Origin: a virus
Lineage: Duplodnaviria; Caudoviricetes
DNA length: 64,000 nt
Direction: 5' to 3' (one strand)
Virus record (IMG/VR): IMGVR_UViG_3300025655_000035
Coordinates: 72-64,071 of that record
The stretch's first letter is position 1, and every line of letters begins with the position of its first letter. This document shows positions 58,231 to 64,000 of this stretch, one piece after another. Made by a program: the position numbers and the translations under genes. The notes under the pieces are model-generated. The model made no database searches. It saw only the letters and a list, made by a program, of their open reading frames with translations, and was not told the origin of the DNA.

Positions 58231-59412
58231 TTATGAGATGTTAATGATGTTGAAAAATCCATATCCGTATTTTTCAAGGTCACCAATATTATTAATTTCA
58301 CCCAATCTTTCAATTCTTTCTAACGCTGACAGCTTACCTCGTTCTATGTATACATTACTTTGGACTTCAGCCTCATCAATAACATTTAATAGAACTTCAT
58401 TTTTTGTAATTGCCGAACATATAACCATATCAGATGTTAATCCTGAAGACTGAACCGAAAATATTGTTGTACCATCACTATAATCATAGTAATCAATATC
58501 ATTAACTGTATATGCAGTATATAAACCGTTTTGATATTCCCCCCAAACAATACCAACACTACCAGATGTACCAGTAACTGGTACCCCCAATTTAAATTTA
58601 CCACCCCATAGTTGATTCTTTTTACCATAAACCTCTAAATCACTTAATGTTGATTTTGAGTATCCTGTCACGGTAAATGGTACGGTAGTAAAATTTGTAA
58701 TATCATTTAATTGAGCATCACATGTCGCGTCACCACTAAAAATATAATCATACGACAACATAGTTCCTGACCAATTACCTCCAGCGGGTTGGAAGTACGC
58801 AGTACCATTTGGATTAGTTATTGTCACGTAGTCGAATGGTGTTGTTATTGTTTTCTGAACTATATTTGAACCCCATGGACTCATACCAGACATTGTTATG
58901 GTAAATTCACCATTTTGTGAATAGGTATGATTGTAAAAATTTGGGGCGTTTGAAGTTATTGTTTGTATCGGGGTTCCATCACCCCAATCGACGTAGTAAT
59001 TTGAAAAATCTAAATACTTTTTAAACTCAGTTTCTGATGTGTTATAAAAATAATATTCATATGGTGATAATGTGTTGGCTGAAAATAAAAAGTTAGTCAT
59101 GGTTTCTTTTTGTAAAACCATACCATCAAATACATTATAATAACCAATATCAGTAATTGTTTCAGTTAGAATAACGGGTACTGTAAGACCTGTTAATATA
59201 GAATCACCATTGGTTCCTCCTGAAACTATATCGGTCATAGATGAATAAACATAGGTATATCCTGAGATATATTTTGTAACCTCTCGAGTTATAATATCAC
59301 AACAATAAGGTATTAATTCCGTATCAACATATGGTTCATACAAATTAACCTTGAAAATGTCGTTACTAATAAATTCAGGCGATATTCTTATATGATAAGT
59401 TCTATCTTCCAT
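58231..59412 (-). CDS. PKD-like domain virion protein
   Basis: YYVDWGDGT...NHTYSQNGEFTITM. Confidence 0.65.
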   Translation of the reverse strand: MEDRTYHIRISPEFISNDIFKVNLYEPYVDTELIPYCCDIITREVTKYISGYTYVYSSMTDIVSGGTNGDSILTGLTVPVILTETITDIGYYNVFDGMVLQKETMTNFLFSANTLSPYEYYFYNTSETEFKKYLDFSNYYVDWGDGTPIQTITSNAPNFYNHTYSQNGEFTITMSGMSPWGSNIVQKTITTPFDYVTITNPNGTAYFQPAGGNWSGTMLSYDYIFSGDATCDAQLNDITNFTTVPFTVTGYSKSTLSDLEVYGKKNQLWGGKFKLGVPVTGTSGSVGIVWGEYQNGLYTAYTVNDIDYYDYSDGTTIFSVQSSGLTSDMVICSAITKNEVLLNVIDEAEVQSNVYIERGKLSALERIERLGEINNIGDLEKYGYGFFNIINIS

Positions 59413-60221
59413 TATGGGTTAACATATTCGTACCAATTTATTGTTGTTCCGTTACCAACTCTATTGTTTGTTGTAATATCAAACATTTGATATGTTTTAT
59501 TTGTATAATCTAACACAACTTTATAGTAAAATTTTTCAGAATCGTTGAATAAAAATTTATCGGGTAATGACCCTTGGGGGACATTCATCATCTTAACAAA
59601 TACACCAAGTCTCGCGTCAAAAAATTTACAAGTCATGTAAAATGTATTAATGTCAATAAACTCTTTTTTTCTTAACCAATATAAATAAAATCCTTCGGTA
59701 TCACCCCCAACAAAGTCTAGTGTCATTGATGGTTTTTTAATATTAACGTTTGGTTGATAAGGTATAAATGGAACACTTTCTGTGGCTCCTTGTTGTACAG
59801 GTAAGATTACTGTGAAATAGTTAGTTTGACTAGTACCACTATTAGTGTCATAAAAGTCTAACTTAAAAAATGACTTAGTAAAAGGATTCTCATAATAGTA
59901 TACTTGGGCTTTACTAAAACCTTCAGTTAGATAACTATTTTCCCAATCACTAGAAACTGAAGTTGTTATTGTTGCGCCAGTATTAAAGAAATAAAAATCG
60001 TATTTAATCTCAGTCTTTTCTAATTGTCCGTATGAATCATGAGTAAATCTTAATACTTCAAAGTCATTTGGTACACCAATAATTTCTTTAATTACATCTT
60101 TTTCATATACCTCAATACTATCGTCACGGCCATAAAAATCCCATTTAAGCTCTATTGGTATGTCAATAGTCTTAGTATTACCATCTAATATGAATTTAAA
60201 TTTATTACTCACAAGGGTCAA
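59412..60221 (-). CDS. putative virion structural protein
   Basis: 269 aa in structural operon (start may be GTG 60212). Confidence 0.65.
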   Translation of the reverse strand: MTLVSNKFKFILDGNTKTIDIPIELKWDFYGRDDSIEVYEKDVIKEIIGVPNDFEVLRFTHDSYGQLEKTEIKYDFYFFNTGATITTSVSSDWENSYLTEGFSKAQVYYYENPFTKSFFKLDFYDTNSGTSQTNYFTVILPVQQGATESVPFIPYQPNVNIKKPSMTLDFVGGDTEGFYLYWLRKKEFIDINTFYMTCKFFDARLGVFVKMMNVPQGSLPDKFLFNDSEKFYYKVVLDYTNKTYQMFDITTNNRVGNGTTINWYEYVNP

Positions 60222-61995
60222 TTACTGGGTCGTTTATTAATATCTGTTCTTTATAATTAGTTCCTTCAGGTATTATTCTAAATATGATATCTTGATATGG
60301 GTAATGTGTGCCATTCATAAATGGGTAAGTAATACCTAAACCACTCGAGTCGATAAACCCATATGGGTAAATGTCTCTCCATATAAATTGATTATCTTTT
60401 TCAGAAAAATAAGAGTAATCAGGAACATCAGCAACAAATCGTTTATCACCACTTTCAATATAATCAGAATAAACTCTAAGTTTTATTGGTGTGTGTGGTT
60501 GGTAATAGTACCCAAATGGGTTTGTTGTTGGTACTTGGTCCATCGAAAACATATACCTGTTAAATGTAAATTTGTGAAATAAATTAGATACAACTCTTTC
60601 ATATTGTTCAGAATCATTCCATTCACAAAAATCCCCATCCAAAACGTCGTCTTTTTTCAATGACCTTATATAAGTAAAAGGTATTGGTCCTCCGTTTGGT
60701 CCACCAGTATTACCCATATTTGTATTATAAACATCTACAGGAAATGGTGTATCTGAATCACTATTAAATCCATCCCACCAAGGACTAGGTTGGGACCCGA
60801 TTAATGGTAAGTTAAATTCATACCCCTGTTTTAAACCAATATAGTCAACCCCATTACTTTTTTTCCTACCAAACATTAGTCCAAAGTAACCCTTCCACAT
60901 TGTTGTAAAAAATAACTCGGTTATTGGTCTTTTTTGATTATCCAATAATGGTGATATATTAATATCAGTGTTAAAGGTTAATGTATAACATTGTGAACCT
61001 TCTTTAATAGAAACTCTTGCAGTTTGATTCGGGGTATACCCACTACTTTCATATTTTTTACTATCACCAAAAATATTTAAATCAAAACCTGCGTTAACCA
61101 TAACGGCATCACCAGAATTAGTTAGTATTTTGTGTTTTCTTACATAATATTCAGACGTAGTGTCATTGGGATTATTAATATCAATAATTCTTTTAAAAGT
61201 ACCTTCAACACCATTTGAAAATGTACCACCTAAAAACCCTACGTTAATTATATTAACTACATACTCATCACTACCTGAAGCCCCATCACCAAGACTATAT
61301 ACTTGAAATGTGTCGGTACCAAAGTAATTAAAACTTAATTTAACAAACTCACCAACTAACATTCCATGTTTAACGGGACATCTTAATGCTACTATGTCTA
61401 AACCTTTATAAGTAGTATTAAACACAACAAACGGTATCCCGTCACCACATGTCCATTGTAATAATTGACCACTTTTAGGTTCAATAGCCTCCATATATTT
61501 GTTATAATCATTTTCATAAGCGTAACTCATAAAAAAGTTCCAATTATATGTTGAGGCACTTTTAGATATAAAAGTTATATGATTATTTGGTGGTTGTGTA
61601 TACCCAACAATATTGTAATCAGTTCTAACAAAATCAAATTCATTATATTGGGGAAGTCCTGTCCAACTAACCGTTTGTGGGGATGTTTGACACTGTGATA
61701 TAGTTGCAGCTTCTTCGTTTAAGTAATATAAATTATTTTCAAATGGGGTGTAATTAGTGAACCCACTATAAGAATTTTTAAATAATAATGTAAATTTACC
61801 TGTTGGCCTAAAGGTGGTACTAGCCTGTCTTTCATCATCATAAACCTGCTCTAATGAAATGTTAATACTTCTATCAAACTCAACATTTTCTTTAAAAGTT
61901 TGTATAAACGGCACCTTAAATCCTAAGGTGGTATCAGGTGCTGATTTATACCTTAATGACCCTAAAACAACTCTAGTATCGATTCTATTACCCAT
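60205..61995 (-). CDS. putative virion structural protein
   Basis: 596 aa; WRDIYPYGF...YPFMNGTHY; TAATG coupling. Confidence 0.65.
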   Translation of the reverse strand: MGNRIDTRVVLGSLRYKSAPDTTLGFKVPFIQTFKENVEFDRSINISLEQVYDDERQASTTFRPTGKFTLLFKNSYSGFTNYTPFENNLYYLNEEAATISQCQTSPQTVSWTGLPQYNEFDFVRTDYNIVGYTQPPNNHITFISKSASTYNWNFFMSYAYENDYNKYMEAIEPKSGQLLQWTCGDGIPFVVFNTTYKGLDIVALRCPVKHGMLVGEFVKLSFNYFGTDTFQVYSLGDGASGSDEYVVNIINVGFLGGTFSNGVEGTFKRIIDINNPNDTTSEYYVRKHKILTNSGDAVMVNAGFDLNIFGDSKKYESSGYTPNQTARVSIKEGSQCYTLTFNTDINISPLLDNQKRPITELFFTTMWKGYFGLMFGRKKSNGVDYIGLKQGYEFNLPLIGSQPSPWWDGFNSDSDTPFPVDVYNTNMGNTGGPNGGPIPFTYIRSLKKDDVLDGDFCEWNDSEQYERVVSNLFHKFTFNRYMFSMDQVPTTNPFGYYYQPHTPIKLRVYSDYIESGDKRFVADVPDYSYFSEKDNQFIWRDIYPYGFIDSSGLGITYPFMNGTHYPYQDIIFRIIPEGTNYKEQILINDPVIDPCE

Positions 61996-64000
61996 TATAA
62001 TACAATTTTATTTGTGTCAATCCATTTAGCGGTAAACCTATCAAACGCCGTTTTACCTCTTTTTAATCCAAAATAAAAATGGAATGGTCCTCCAACGCTA
62101 ACCACCCTATCATTAGGACTATTTAAATCCCATGTATTAACATTACCTGAAATATTACCACTACCATCAACATTATAAATATACCCTTTAAAAAAGTCGC
62201 TTTGATTGGTGTTATTTGTTCTAAAGTATCTTGAACTAGTGCTACCAACAACATCAGCCCTATCCATTAATTGATATTGATGACTAAAGAAACCATTACC
62301 CGATATTGGTACGGTGTACCATTCATTAACTTGTTCCCCAAATATACTATCGACAGGGTTCTTTTTTATATTCCATTGATAAAACGGTACCTCTTGGGTG
62401 AAAACTCTAAAATTACTAAAAGTACAAGAGTTTGTTATAGGTAAAGTTGGGTTTATGATTGTTCTTTTAGGTGTTATGAAATCTCTTGTTTTAGTATCTG
62501 AACTAAAGAAAACACCAAAAATTTGGTCAGTAAACGAGGTTAAGGTGTTAATATAGATTGGGTCTTGACCTGAAGGATTATCAGGATAATTCGCCGATTC
62601 AAATGGTGCCACCCCTAATTCTGAATTAACCGAAATTGCTTGTGCGTAATCTGCGTCAATCATTGAATTAGGTCTTGAGAAATAAGTTAAAATATTATTA
62701 CCATTCATTAATGCGACTAAAAAGTCTTCATTAGCAAGTCTAGTTATTATAAATAAATTTAATAACTCACTAACATCTGAATATGACGTATTAACTAATT
62801 TATTAACCACATAACCATCATAATCATCTGACATTACGAGTTCCTGTTGATAGTATGTCCTTGGTCCTAAATCCATTAAAGTGACGGGATATTGTAAATT
62901 ATAACTATTACCTCCATAATCACCAAAAAGACCATTTAACGGTGGTGATGGTGGATTTTTACCGACAAACTCAGAAGTATTATAATTATACGGGCTAGAC
63001 CTGTAATAAAAATTATATGTCGGGTGTAATCTTATTACATCTCCACAATATCTATAAGACGCTTGGTTTGGTTGGTCAGCCAAAGGGCTACTATATGTAA
63101 CATCATTTCTAAAACTGAACGCATAAAGAGTACCATTAACCCAATTATTTGTGAATATGTGTCCAAAAACATTTCTACAAGCACCAAATGTTATTTGTAA
63201 TCTAGAAACCCATTCGGTTAACAGGTCAAAATCTTTTAATATTGATAATATTGGTACTGATACAAGCACATAACATCCACCATAGTTAAATATTTTTGCA
63301 CCACCAGGTCCTTTATAACAATCATCTGTTTCAGGTAATATTGTTATTTCACCACCACCATTAGGTAACATTACAGATTTGTAACACCCTAACGGAACCA
63401 TTGACCCACAACTAAATGAATCGATTACAGAACTAATCAATAATGGTTCATCAGTATTATCACTACTATCAGCAGTTGCTCCTGTCATTATTGGTGACTG
63501 ACCTAACCCAGTCCCTGTGTTACCAATAACACCACCATTATCTGTAATATAATAAGCAGTAAAATTAAGATTAGTATGTAAAGGGAAACTATTAGTTAAA
63601 TTATCATTTAATGTGGTTGATGTTGGTAATCTATCTGACCTCATAACAATTTTTTCGTTATTTGAGGGGTTTAACTGATAATTTAAAATTGTTGATGATG
63701 GGTATCTAGGGGCGTTATACCTTAAAACATAATTACCAGATGGTATTATTGGGTCTGAGGAAGATGACCCCGCTATTATTGATTGTAAATTAGTGGGAGG
63801 TAAAGTACCAAAAAACCCGCTACCACCTTCAACCACTTCATTAGGTAAATACCCCCTATTATTTATAGCACTATTTGTGGTAAACGATAATGATAGAGGT
63901 AGTGTCGCATTATTTGGGGACGTTAACTCACCTAAAAATCTATTTTGTGTGGGTGATGATTGTACTTTAACACCTAAAGTGTCGGGAATAAAGTCACCAA
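61995..64000 (-). CDS. large putative virion structural protein (partial; start beyond window)
   Basis: Frame is open from 63998 (GDFIPDTLGV...) through the tracked ORF; NNWVNGTLY and FHFYFGL motifs. Confidence 0.7.
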   Translation of the reverse strand, partial: GDFIPDTLGVKVQSSPTQNRFLGELTSPNNATLPLSLSFTTNSAINNRGYLPNEVVEGGSGFFGTLPPTNLQSIIAGSSSSDPIIPSGNYVLRYNAPRYPSSTILNYQLNPSNNEKIVMRSDRLPTSTTLNDNLTNSFPLHTNLNFTAYYITDNGGVIGNTGTGLGQSPIMTGATADSSDNTDEPLLISSVIDSFSCGSMVPLGCYKSVMLPNGGGEITILPETDDCYKGPGGAKIFNYGGCYVLVSVPILSILKDFDLLTEWVSRLQITFGACRNVFGHIFTNNWVNGTLYAFSFRNDVTYSSPLADQPNQASYRYCGDVIRLHPTYNFYYRSSPYNYNTSEFVGKNPPSPPLNGLFGDYGGNSYNLQYPVTLMDLGPRTYYQQELVMSDDYDGYVVNKLVNTSYSDVSELLNLFIITRLANEDFLVALMNGNNILTYFSRPNSMIDADYAQAISVNSELGVAPFESANYPDNPSGQDPIYINTLTSFTDQIFGVFFSSDTKTRDFITPKRTIINPTLPITNSCTFSNFRVFTQEVPFYQWNIKKNPVDSIFGEQVNEWYTVPISGNGFFSHQYQLMDRADVVGSTSSRYFRTNNTNQSDFFKGYIYNVDGSGNISGNVNTWDLNSPNDRVVSVGGPFHFYFGLKRGKTAFDRFTAKWIDTNKIVL

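Noticed and set aside
954-60582. Numerous short opposite-strand or nested ORFs in the track (e.g. 954-1142, 2046-2360, 4375-4659, 17804-18088, 29626-30054, 35406-35714, 57536-57814)
   Set aside because: They lie inside longer, motif-bearing genes, have Ser/Phe/Ile-rich shadow composition and no promoter context.
1-64000. Alternative genetic code (TAG/TGA recoding)
   Set aside because: Conserved genes are full length under code 11, and TGA and TAG end genes at sensible positions, including ATGA overlaps.
1-64000. Eukaryotic giant virus or bacterial chromosome
   Set aside because: Sigma70, SmpB, lipoboxes, intrinsic terminators and Bacteroidota promoters argue against a eukaryotic virus. Baseplate-like genes, gp46/47-like genes, the many hypotheticals and the absence of housekeeping operons argue against a chromosome.

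Overview
This AT-rich (roughly 30% GC by eye), gene-dense window is mostly coded on the minus strand and reads as part of a large tailed-phage (jumbo/mega-phage) genome using the standard genetic code. The host is very probably a Bacteroidota. Evidence: TAnnTTTG/TTTG host-type promoters, a Bacteroidota-type sigma70, an Hc1 histone-like protein, a TonB-dependent receptor with lipoprotein partner, and SprB-like repeats. Left part (1-27 kb), host-takeover and accessory genes: SmpB, NUDIX, DUF192, DHH phosphoesterase, two orphan DNA methyltransferases, type II glutamine synthetase, a degenerate MetK-like protein, glutaredoxin and thioredoxin, PcfJ-like, DUF932, a TonB receptor operon with an 11-bp-period operator, DnaJ and Hc1. 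Middle (27-42 kb): putative capsid-internal proteins, a lysis-like cluster with a degenerate amidase, sigma factor, SbcC/SbcD, a PD-(D/E)XK nuclease and primase. Right part (42-64 kb): a virion tail/baseplate/fibre module of Cys-rich, (Thr-Pro)n mucin-like and SprB-repeat proteins. Inside it sits a glycosyltransferase resembling plant Ser/Hyp O-glycosyltransferases (GT95/GT96), a candidate virion O-glycosylation system and the best lead in the window. Two promoter classes (TAnnTTTG and TATTTAT), several terminators, a candidate sRNA and several small ORFs absent from the ORF track were read from the sequence. All family calls are by-eye motif recognition, not database results.
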